64,000 nt of DNA from the NCBI GenBank assembly GCA_020723285.1, contig DYJE01000019.1:15074-79073 (forward strand), read 5' to 3'. The position numbers and the translations under genes are program-made. This stretch comes from Desulforapulum autotrophicum. Lineage in GTDB: Bacteria > Desulfobacterota > Desulfobacteria > Desulfobacterales > Desulfolunaceae. Shown here in pieces: positions 56,057 through 64,000 of this stretch (position 1 is the stretch's first letter; each line of letters starts with the position of its first letter). Under the pieces are notes generated by a model. It was not told where the DNA came from. It worked only from the letters and a program-made list of their open reading frames with translations, and did not search any database.

Positions 56057-57220
56057 ATGACGATCATGATGAACTCTGAAAACACCGGCTCTTACAAAGG
56101 GATAGTGATCCCCCCGCCGCTGCTGGTGGTGGTCGAGGACGTGGGCTGGTGGAGCGGTTTTAACGGAGCAGCATCAGGAGAGCCGTTCCGGACAGGAATG
56201 GCAAGAAATCATGGGCCGGAAGACTACGAAGCCCTGGTGCGACTTGCCCGAAAACTCGGAACCCAGATCGTGACGGGCCTGGTACTTTGCGAATGGGACC
56301 GGCAGGGCTTTCTGGCCGGAATTCCGTCATCCACCTGGATGGGCAAGAATTGGAAAGGCTGCCGCACGGGCATGGAATACCAGGAAAGGGTCGTGGCCAT
56401 TCTCAATGAGAACATAGAATTCATATGCCCGGCCGTTCACGGGGTGGGTCATGAATACTGGCTGAACGGAAAAGCGGACCGGACCGAGTTTCACACGGCC
56501 GAAGGCATGATGCGCTGCAAAACCGAGGCGGTAAGCCATCTTCAGGCTTTTTTCAGTATTTACGAATCCACGGGCCTTTGCCTGGAACCCATCCGGATTT
56601 TCATCCCGCCGGCCCTGAAGCACAGCTACGGAAACGGGGAGCAAGGATTTCAGAAGATTCTCGGTCAATTCGACATCCGGTTCGTTATCACCGTATTCGA
56701 AAAAGCCAGGGCATACAGAGCCCCGATGTTCCCCACCGTGACCGAAGACAGCGGCGTGGTTCTGGTCGAACGGGGCGTCGCCCCTGTTTCATGGGACACC
56801 GTCGCCGCAGATCCGGTGTTCCCTTTCGATCACCCGGTGCTTCCCCTTCACTGGGCCAACATCCTTTCAAGGGACCCTCTGCAAAACATCGGCGTGGTCG
56901 ACCGATGGGCCGATTTCCTGATAAAAGGCGCGGAGGCGGGTGGTTTTGTGTTTCTGCCGGACGCCCTGAGATCGCTCCGCCAGATCGTCGTCAGTCAATT
57001 AGCCGTTATCCGAAAGGACAATGAAGGAACGACCCTCGATCTTTGCCAGGTGAACCAGGTGATGCCGAACGTTCTTACGGAAACCGGGTTTTACACTTCG
57101 CTGCCCCAGGGGTTGGCGCTGAATGAAAACGACGGACGGATTGAACCGGCAGATCATATCCGCTGCGATCTTGTCCGGATTCTGCCCTTTAAAGGTGTCG
57201 AAACCCTTCGATTCTCCTGA
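56057..57220 (+). CDS. Hypothetical protein (no motif I can name)
   Basis: 387-aa ORF with RBS AGAGG and coding-like composition. Confidence 0.5.
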   Translation: MTIMMNSENTGSYKGIVIPPPLLVVVEDVGWWSGFNGAASGEPFRTGMARNHGPEDYEALVRLARKLGTQIVTGLVLCEWDRQGFLAGIPSSTWMGKNWKGCRTGMEYQERVVAILNENIEFICPAVHGVGHEYWLNGKADRTEFHTAEGMMRCKTEAVSHLQAFFSIYESTGLCLEPIRIFIPPALKHSYGNGEQGFQKILGQFDIRFVITVFEKARAYRAPMFPTVTEDSGVVLVERGVAPVSWDTVAADPVFPFDHPVLPLHWANILSRDPLQNIGVVDRWADFLIKGAEAGGFVFLPDALRSLRQIVVSQLAVIRKDNEGTTLDLCQVNQVMPNVLTETGFYTSLPQGLALNENDGRIEPADHIRCDLVRILPFKGVETLRFS

Positions 57221-57283
57221 TTCACTTTCACGAGGCCAATTCTTCCGTCACTGCTTCATCGGAATGACCAGGGCCTCTCCAGC

Positions 57284-59374
57284 TTAAAAGCACCATTTTT
57301 CAAGCATCTCAAACACTTTTTCCCGTCTGATTGGCTTTGAGATGTAATCGTTCATCCCCGCTTCCAGGCATTTTTCCCGGTCGCCTTTCACGGCATTGGC
57401 GGTCATGGCGATGATGGGTAGCCCGGCAAACCCTCTGTCACGAATCATCCGGGACGCCTTGAGGCCGTCCATGACCGGCATCTGCACATCCATAAAGACC
57501 ACATCGTACATCGTAGGATCGGCGCTGATCATGTCCACAGCCTCCTGGCCTGTTCCGGCGACATCCACGTGATATCCGGCCTTGCCAAGAAGGATCACCG
57601 TCATTTTCTGGTTGACCGGGTTGTCTTCGGCCAGAAGAATGCGGATGGAGCGTTTAAGGTCTTCACGGATGGAATACTGGGTGACGATTTTGTTCTTGTC
57701 TGAAGACTCCTCCCTGTGGTGATCGGAACATTCTCCCAGAAGGCCTTCGATCATCCTGCAAAGTTTCCGCCGATTGACCGGCTTGTTGAGGAACCCGTCA
57801 AAACCCGCTTTCCGGCAGGCGGCCGCATCACGTTCCAACAGCGATGAAAAGGCCAGAAGGGGAAGAGGCGCTCCACCCTCTTCCGCTGCACGGATGCTCT
57901 CGGCCACCTGATAGCCGCTCATTCCCGGCATCTGGATGTCGATAACGGCAAGATCATATGGGTTTCCCTGGTTCCGGGCGTCAAGAACGGCGGCCATGAC
58001 CGAGGCTCCGTCGTTCAGACTGGTCACGGCCATGCCTTCCCGTTCAAGGATATACCGCACGATGACCAGGTTTGTTTCGTTGTCGTCCACCACAAGCACA
58101 CGTTTGTTCCGGATGGACACAAAACGCGGCTTCCTGATGGTCGTGTCTTTCGCATGTGTGAGGGGCAGGGTCAGATGGAACACGGTGCCCACGCCCAATG
58201 CGCTTTCCACCCGGATGTCCCCGCCCATGAGAGTGGCCAGTTTCCGGCAAATGGAGAGCCCGAGCCCCGTTCCCCCGTATTTCCGCGTGGTGGAACCGTC
58301 CGCCTGCCGGAACGGTTCGAAGATGATGGGGAGCTGTTCCGCGCTCATGCCGATCCCGGTGTCCCGGACACGGAAATGCACGGCAAGGGCACGCTCATCC
58401 ATGGATGTTATGTCCACCGACACCTCGATCTCCCCCTGAAACGTGAACTTGGAGGCGTTGCCCACCAGATTGGTCAGAATCTGCCGCAGCCGGCCGGGGT
58501 CGCCGTTGACCCGCGCCGGAAGATCGTCGTCGATGCGGCAAAGCAGCTCGATGGGCTTGCTGCCGATCCTGGGCCGAACCGCGTCGAACACATCGTAGAC
58601 CACCAGTTCGGGATCGAAATCGATATGCTCGAATTCCAGTTCACCGGACTCGATTTTTGAAAAATCGAGGATGTCGTTGATCAGAACCAGAAGGGCATCG
58701 CCGTTTTTACGGATGGCATCGGCGTAATCCGCCTGTTCCTCGGTGAGCGAAGTGTCTAAAAGGATGTCGCAGAAACCGATCACCGCGTTCATGGGAGTTC
58801 GGATCTCGTGGCTCATGTTGGCCAGAAATTCGCTTTTGGCCACGCTGGCCGCTTCGGCCTTGATCTTGGCCTGGGTCAGTTCCTCTTCGGCCAGTTTTCT
58901 CTGGGTGATGTCCCGCATGATGCCCCGGAACCCGCAACGTTTTCCGTCCCGGTTCCGCATGAGCGACACGCTGATTTCAACATAACAGAGTTTCCCGTCT
59001 TTCCGCCTGAGGGGCCAGTCCATGGCCGTGGTGGAAATGCCGGTATTGAACACATGATGGAAGATGTCGTGAAGGCGCTTTGCCGTGTCCTCACTCACGT
59101 AATTCCGGTAATGCATCCCCATCAGCTCCTCTTCGGAATAACCCACGAGGCGTGAGTAGGATTTGTTGAAAAACGTGGCGTTGCCCTTGAAATCCACTTC
59201 GTAGTAACCGTCCTCGATGCCTTCGAGAATGGCTTTGTAACGTTCTTCCCGTTCTTTATGAAAATCCCGCTCGCATTCCAGCGCACGAATCTTTTCAAGC
59301 AGGTCCTTGACTGAACGTTCGTTGGATTGCGTCGGGCCGTTATCCGTCATAAAGCATCCTTGCCTTCCAGGCAT
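57284..59374 (-). CDS. Hybrid sensor kinase: PAS - HisKA - HATPase - two receiver domains
   Basis: H-box [22 protein letters not shown], and receivers [11 protein letters not shown] and [11 protein letters not shown]. The start may instead be the ATG at 59350. Confidence 0.85.
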   Translation of the reverse strand: MPGRQGCFMTDNGPTQSNERSVKDLLEKIRALECERDFHKEREERYKAILEGIEDGYYEVDFKGNATFFNKSYSRLVGYSEEELMGMHYRNYVSEDTAKRLHDIFHHVFNTGISTTAMDWPLRRKDGKLCYVEISVSLMRNRDGKRCGFRGIMRDITQRKLAEEELTQAKIKAEAASVAKSEFLANMSHEIRTPMNAVIGFCDILLDTSLTEEQADYADAIRKNGDALLVLINDILDFSKIESGELEFEHIDFDPELVVYDVFDAVRPRIGSKPIELLCRIDDDLPARVNGDPGRLRQILTNLVGNASKFTFQGEIEVSVDITSMDERALAVHFRVRDTGIGMSAEQLPIIFEPFRQADGSTTRKYGGTGLGLSICRKLATLMGGDIRVESALGVGTVFHLTLPLTHAKDTTIRKPRFVSIRNKRVLVVDDNETNLVIVRYILEREGMAVTSLNDGASVMAAVLDARNQGNPYDLAVIDIQMPGMSGYQVAESIRAAEEGGAPLPLLAFSSLLERDAAACRKAGFDGFLNKPVNRRKLCRMIEGLLGECSDHHREESSDKNKIVTQYSIREDLKRSIRILLAEDNPVNQKMTVILLGKAGYHVDVAGTGQEAVDMISADPTMYDVVFMDVQMPVMDGLKASRMIRDRGFAGLPIIAMTANAVKGDREKCLEAGMNDYISKPIRREKVFEMLEKWCF

Positions 59375-59416
59375 TAAAAAAAGAAAGATACCCGCCGAAC
59401 GTGAAACACGGCGGTA
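59375..59416 (-). terminator. Intrinsic-terminator-like hairpin plus T-tract after the 59547 gene
   Basis: The minus strand reads ACCGCCG-loop-CGGCGGGT followed by ATCTTTCTTTTTTT. It lies only about 25 nt before the next gene start, so it may act as an attenuator. Confidence 0.45.
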
Positions 59417-59546
59417 TGATCGATTGTTGCGGTGGTTTGTCGTTTTTTAGTGAAGGCGTCCGGTATTGTTAACTGATGAATGCCAGTATAATTTTCAGGA
59501 TGGAAAATGTCAAACAACCGGTTAAGATCGCTGAAAAATATCCCGT

Positions 59547-60854
59547 CTACACGTCATCCGCCATTTCTGTTTCTACGTTGGCGATACGCACGACGATTTC
59601 CGTGCCATGATCGGGCGTGGACGTCAGCTCGAACGCCCCGTTGATCAGGTTGACCCGTTCCTCGATGCCCTTGAGGCCCATGCGCCTTTCCTGGATGGCG
59701 TTTTGGAGCCTGCTGGCGGCGTTGAACCCCACCCCGTCGTCACGAATGGACAGGGTGGTGTGGTCTTCCGTGGCCACCAGGCTCACCATTACGTTTTTGG
59801 GCGCGGCGTGATTCCTTATGTTGTTCATGGCTTCCTGAAAAATCCGGTAAAGGTTGATTTCCGTGGTGTAGTCGAACCGTTTGTTCTTCATGCCCGAGGA
59901 AAAAAAGGACACATGAATGCCGTCGTCCATGAAAAAATTCTCGCAAAGGCGGCTCATGGCGTGGACCATGCCGAATTCGTTCAGACTGGGCGGTCTCAGG
60001 TTGTAGGATATGTTCCTGATGTTCTGGATGGTGGACCGGAGAATGCGGATGGACGTTTCCACCTCGTCCGCCGCCTCGGTGACGGAGCCTGCCGCAAGGT
60101 GTTCGAGGACCAGTTCCTGTTTGATGAGAAGGGCCGCCAGATCCTGGGCCACGCTGTCGTGGAGATCGCAGGCGATCCTCTGCCGTTCTTTTTCCTGGAT
60201 GCGGATGTTTTCCTGGGTGAGAATCTTGATGCTGTCCTCAGCCCGCCTTCGTTCAGCGATTTCCTGTTCCAGGGCCTTGTTCACCTGGGTCAGGGTTTCG
60301 GTCCGTTTTTCGATGAGGCGGTTCAGTTCTTCCTTTCTCCGCCTGCTTTGCCGGGCAAGAATCCATTTTTCCGACAGGGTGCTGGCCAGCTGCTCCACCT
60401 CGCAGGTGTCGAAAGGTTTTTTGAGAATCAGAAAATTGGACGTGACGCCGATGGATTTCTGGATTTCGGAAAACGAATAATCGGAATAGGCCGTGCACAG
60501 CACGATCTGGATGTACGGGTCTCTTTGGATGATCTCCTTGATGGTTTCGATGCCGTTCATGCCCGGCGGAATGCGCATATCCACAAAGACAACCATGTAC
60601 GGGTCTTGTTCAGCCAGGGCGGTTTCCACCTTGATCACCCCCTCGCGTCCCTGCACGGCGAAATCGATCCGGTACGGATGACGCACCGAAGCTGCCGGCC
60701 CGGAAGGCGTGTTGTCGAAATAGTCGCTGGCCAGCCGATCCACCGCCCGGTATGCGTTGGGGTCATGTTTCAGTATCCGTCTGAAATCCTCGTGGATATT
60801 GGGGTTGTCGTCGATGACGAGGATTCGCCGTGGTCCTGGTTTTTTTCGTGTCAT
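59547..60854 (-). CDS. Receiver domain fused to a HisKA_3-type histidine kinase
   Basis: VIDDNPNIHED...VFVDMRIPPGMNG receiver, H-box CDLHDSVAQDL and a C-terminal HATPase (DDGVGF). Confidence 0.8.
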   Translation of the reverse strand: MTRKKPGPRRILVIDDNPNIHEDFRRILKHDPNAYRAVDRLASDYFDNTPSGPAASVRHPYRIDFAVQGREGVIKVETALAEQDPYMVVFVDMRIPPGMNGIETIKEIIQRDPYIQIVLCTAYSDYSFSEIQKSIGVTSNFLILKKPFDTCEVEQLASTLSEKWILARQSRRRKEELNRLIEKRTETLTQVNKALEQEIAERRRAEDSIKILTQENIRIQEKERQRIACDLHDSVAQDLAALLIKQELVLEHLAAGSVTEAADEVETSIRILRSTIQNIRNISYNLRPPSLNEFGMVHAMSRLCENFFMDDGIHVSFFSSGMKNKRFDYTTEINLYRIFQEAMNNIRNHAAPKNVMVSLVATEDHTTLSIRDDGVGFNAASRLQNAIQERRMGLKGIEERVNLINGAFELTSTPDHGTEIVVRIANVETEMADDV

Positions 60855-62464
60855 GTGTGCTCTATCCTGGTTTCAACCGGCAGAATCAGCTCGAACAAAG
60901 CACCCTGATTCATGCCTGAACTGTAAACATTCAAACGGCCTTTCATTTCCTGGGCGAAAAGGGCGCAACTGTGAAGCCCGAACCCGTGCCCCCCTTTTTT
61001 TGTGGTAAACCCATGGTGGAAAATCCGGACAAGGTTTTCCTCCGGAATGCCGTTCCCGTTGTCTCTGACCCGAACCACAAGCCCCCCGTCCGAGCATCGC
61101 CCCGCCGAGATGTCGATGGTCCGTTCATCCTCTTCTACCGTGAGCACGGCGTCGATGGCGTTGGTGATAAGGTTGTTGAGAATCTGGATGATTTTATGAC
61201 GGTTCAGCACCATGGCGGGGAATTCCGAATCTTCGAACTCAAGCCGGATGCCGTATTTTAAAAGGGTGCTTCCTGAGATCTGGATGGCCATGCGGATCAG
61301 TTCGTCGATGCACACCGGTTCCATGACACCGCCGGATTTGCTGTACAGCTGCTGGCATTTCACGATGTTCGTGATGTAGCTGACATGACGGTCCATGTCT
61401 TCCATATCCCTTGTCATGGCACTGTTTTCGTTTTCGAGATGATGAGCGAGTCCCGATAAAAAGGGAATCATCTTGTCCGCCCGCCCATGCTCCCCGATAT
61501 AATCGGCCAGACGATGTCTGTTCGCTTCAAGATCATCCGCCAGACGGCCGACGTTGTAAACCCGGGATTCCTTCAGCCGCCTGCTGATGTCCGATGAAAT
61601 CACATGGATGCTGTTCAGACCATTGCCCACGTTGTGAAGCACATCGATGGCCACTTCGGCCATGCCCGCCCGATGGGCGATATCGAGGAGCGTCTCATGT
61701 TTCCTTTTCACCTCATCTCTGGAATTCTGGAGGGCGGTGACCATCTGATCGATGGCCATGCTCAGGACTTCGATTTCATCGCCGGTGCGGATCTCGGACC
61801 GTACCGAAAGATCGCCAGCGCCGATGCGGCTGGTGGTTGCCGCCAGCTGCTTGATGGGCAGGGTCAACCGTTTGGCCAGAAAAAAGGAGGCGATGAGACT
61901 CACCAGCACCGAAAAGAAAGCGGTCATGAATGTCCTGGAATACAAGGTTCGAAGTTCCCTGTGGTATTCGTCGGTGGAAAGGCCGATGTAGATATGGCCC
62001 CAGTCGATTCCTGCGTAGTTGACCGGGAAAGCGGCGTTGAAGACCTCCTCTGCTACCAGCCCGCTTTGAATGATCCGGTGGTTTTGAAAACTCAGCCGGG
62101 GAATGGCCGCATCCACAGCCTGATACCATTTCTTCCGCAGATTGACGATGGAAAGCCCGTCATTTCTTCCCAGCACCACATACCTTACCATGGGGTTGTC
62201 GCCAATGACCGCCAGACTGTTTTCGATGGCCTCTCCGTAATCTTCGAGAAACACCGAAGAGGAAACCACGGGATAAAGGCCCGAATAGATCACCTTGGCA
62301 TAGCTTTTAAGCCCGGAGATGATTTTCCTTTCCTGATCAGGGATGATGGAAAAACCGAACAGGGTCACCGTCGCAATGGAGATCAGGCAGTTCAGCATGA
62401 AAAAACGGAAAAAAATCGTTTTCCCGGCCTGGGGAAACAGGGAGCCGCCACATTTTTTGCCCAT
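60851..62464 (-). CDS. Membrane sensor histidine kinase (TM - HAMP - kinase core)
   Basis: Two TMs, HAMP, H-region VLHNVGNGLNS, HATPase NLITNAIDA and GHGFGLH. It overlaps the next gene by 4 nt. Confidence 0.8.
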   Translation of the reverse strand: MGKKCGGSLFPQAGKTIFFRFFMLNCLISIATVTLFGFSIIPDQERKIISGLKSYAKVIYSGLYPVVSSSVFLEDYGEAIENSLAVIGDNPMVRYVVLGRNDGLSIVNLRKKWYQAVDAAIPRLSFQNHRIIQSGLVAEEVFNAAFPVNYAGIDWGHIYIGLSTDEYHRELRTLYSRTFMTAFFSVLVSLIASFFLAKRLTLPIKQLAATTSRIGAGDLSVRSEIRTGDEIEVLSMAIDQMVTALQNSRDEVKRKHETLLDIAHRAGMAEVAIDVLHNVGNGLNSIHVISSDISRRLKESRVYNVGRLADDLEANRHRLADYIGEHGRADKMIPFLSGLAHHLENENSAMTRDMEDMDRHVSYITNIVKCQQLYSKSGGVMEPVCIDELIRMAIQISGSTLLKYGIRLEFEDSEFPAMVLNRHKIIQILNNLITNAIDAVLTVEEDERTIDISAGRCSDGGLVVRVRDNGNGIPEENLVRIFHHGFTTKKGGHGFGLHSCALFAQEMKGRLNVYSSGMNQGALFELILPVETRIEHT

Positions 62465-62470
62465 GGCGTC

Positions 62471-63427
62471 CTATCTCCCTCCATGTTTCAGCCTGAGATA
62501 CGTTCTGTAAAGATTCTCAAGGGATTCGATGCTCTCCGGGCTGTACTCCGAAATGCCGTTGGCCCTGAACATGGAAAGGATTCTGTCGCCCTCCCGGTCC
62601 TGAGAAAGACCGTCGGCATAATCCAGAAGGACCCTTTTCGTATCTTCGTCAATATCCTTCACCACGGCGAAAAGGCCCATCATGTAGTCCGGGGACTCAA
62701 ACAGGACCTGAAGCTTTTCTCCGATCTGGGGGTTCAGCTCGTTCATGACGAGATAGGTGCTTTTCTGGATCACACAGACGTCGGCTTTCCTGAAAAACAC
62801 TTTCATGGCAGCCTGGGATTCTTTATCCATGGTTTCAACGGTTTTGAAAAACTTTCGGCTTTCCGGCAGCTTTCGCTCAAAAAGCAGGGTGTCCAGCCAC
62901 ATGGACGCCACATGCCCCTGGCCCGAGGCTTCAATCAAAAGAGTCGTGTTTCGCAGGGCGGGAAGACCTCCGGCCGGGTCTTTTCTGGTCAAAACAACAA
63001 ACCGGGTTCGCGCGCTGTTTCCCCTGGTTGCTTTCCGAACCGGAACCAGGTTGTTCACATCCCGTGTTTTCAGATAATCCAGAGTGGAAAGCCCCAGGCC
63101 GTTGATCTGTTTCTTCCGTATGGCGTCAACGGCGCTGCGCATGTCGGGGAAAAGGGTCACTTCTCCCCGGTGTTGGGGATACCGGTGCTTAAACCGGGCT
63201 CCGTAAAGCAAGCGGACGGCGATCCGGGCGTCTTCCAGGGAAACGCCGGAAAAGGAATCGAGAACGTACCCCACCCGGAGCGTGACCGGGGCGCTGGAGG
63301 GCGGGGTCTCAACAGCATCGCACACGGCGGACCCTGCCAGACACAAAACGGCAAAGCACAAGACCGGAATAAACCGGAGGCCGGAGGGTTTCTGACCGTT
63401 TGTTCGCCTGGGAGCTGACAGCGTCAT
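62471..63427 (-). CDS. Periplasmic substrate-binding protein (PhnD/transferrin-like SBP)
   Basis: Signal peptide and SBP-like sequence, immediately upstream of the sensor kinase gene. Confidence 0.6.
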   Translation of the reverse strand: MTLSAPRRTNGQKPSGLRFIPVLCFAVLCLAGSAVCDAVETPPSSAPVTLRVGYVLDSFSGVSLEDARIAVRLLYGARFKHRYPQHRGEVTLFPDMRSAVDAIRKKQINGLGLSTLDYLKTRDVNNLVPVRKATRGNSARTRFVVLTRKDPAGGLPALRNTTLLIEASGQGHVASMWLDTLLFERKLPESRKFFKTVETMDKESQAAMKVFFRKADVCVIQKSTYLVMNELNPQIGEKLQVLFESPDYMMGLFAVVKDIDEDTKRVLLDYADGLSQDREGDRILSMFRANGISEYSPESIESLENLYRTYLRLKHGGR

Positions 63428-63443
63428 GCGTTCATCCTTTCCG

Positions 63444-64000
63444 TCACGGTTCGAGGATCTGGTGGAGTTCCCTGCCCACTATCCACTCCAGCCGGGCCAG
63501 GGTTTCAAGGTGACGATATCGTGCCGTCTCATAGTGCATTTTAAAAAAGGTCTCCAGAATCAGGGCTTCGGTGACGTTCTTCAATTCGGTGAGGCCGTGG
63601 TCGTAGGCTTTGACGTTGAGCTGCCTGTTCTCTTCAGCGGTGTCCGCAGCCTTCTTGCCGGAATCCACCTCTCGGCCGTAACGGGAAAGCTCGATAAAGG
63701 CATGTTTGACCTGGATGGCCAGCCCGTCTTTGAGAAGGATTTTTTGTTCTTCCCCCGCCTTGAGCCGGGTCCGCGCCTCCTTGATCCTGTTCTTGGTGAG
63801 AAAGCCGCTGAACACAGGAAGCTGCATGTAAAGGCCCAGGGTATATCCGTTCTGGTTGGTGTCGGTCATCAGCCCGCTGTCCTCGGACGAGCCCATGGCG
63901 TACAGTTTGCCGGCGAAGGTCAATGTCGGCAGGTAACCGCTTTTCCGGTCCTCGATGGACAGCTCCAGGGCTTCGAGTGCCGCGTCGGCTTTCCGGTAAT
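63444..64000 (-). CDS. TolC-family outer-membrane efflux protein (5' part lies beyond the window)
   Basis: The frame stays open to the window edge. The sequence is a coiled-coil-rich C-terminal repeat typical of outer-membrane factor (OMF) proteins. Confidence 0.65.
   Translation of the reverse strand, partial: YRKADAALEALELSIEDRKSGYLPTLTFAGKLYAMGSSEDSGLMTDTNQNGYTLGLYMQLPVFSGFLTKNRIKEARTRLKAGEEQKILLKDGLAIQVKHAFIELSRYGREVDSGKKAADTAEENRQLNVKAYDHGLTELKNVTEALILETFFKMHYETARYRHLETLARLEWIVGRELHQILEP

Overview
GC-rich bacterial chromosome segment. Gene content suggests an anaerobic Desulfobacterota-type organism: sigma-54 activators, multihaem cytochromes, many PAS/His-kinase genes, REP/RAYT repeats. 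That taxonomic call is inference only. Left to right: chelatase-like ATPase genes, a RAYT transposase flanked by 356-bp REP blocks, an ABC-2 exporter and a VapBC pair. Next is a sigma-54-linked sulfur-redox cluster (small Cys/His protein, CoA-disulfide-reductase/rhodanese, octahaem OTR-type cytochrome, cytochrome b), then a DUF748 gene. A sigma-54-promoted signalling operon follows, with a CZB+hemerythrin chemoreceptor, CheY-like proteins and a hemerythrin diguanylate cyclase. Two multi-kinase phosphorelay modules each begin with a periplasmic binding protein. Main result: positions 32104-48254 look like a ~16-kb insertion into the 3' end of formate dehydrogenase fdhA. The displaced last 32 codons of fdhA sit at 32004-32102, and the sequence GTTACCT occurs at both junctions. 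The insert carries nitrosative/nitrite genes (hcp, qNOR, nrfHA, NapH-like, HPP+CBS). hcp and HPP+CBS share a CRP/FNR-type box. The insert also carries an ArsR-headed 8-gene operon in which three genes only make sense if four in-frame TGA codons are read as selenocysteine. One of these is a rhodanese-DsbD(CcdA)-thioredoxin fusion with a U-x4-U motif. The insert lies immediately next to selB and tRNA-Sec. Two MITE-like elements and several REP-type hairpin families are also present. No CRISPR array or rRNA was seen.
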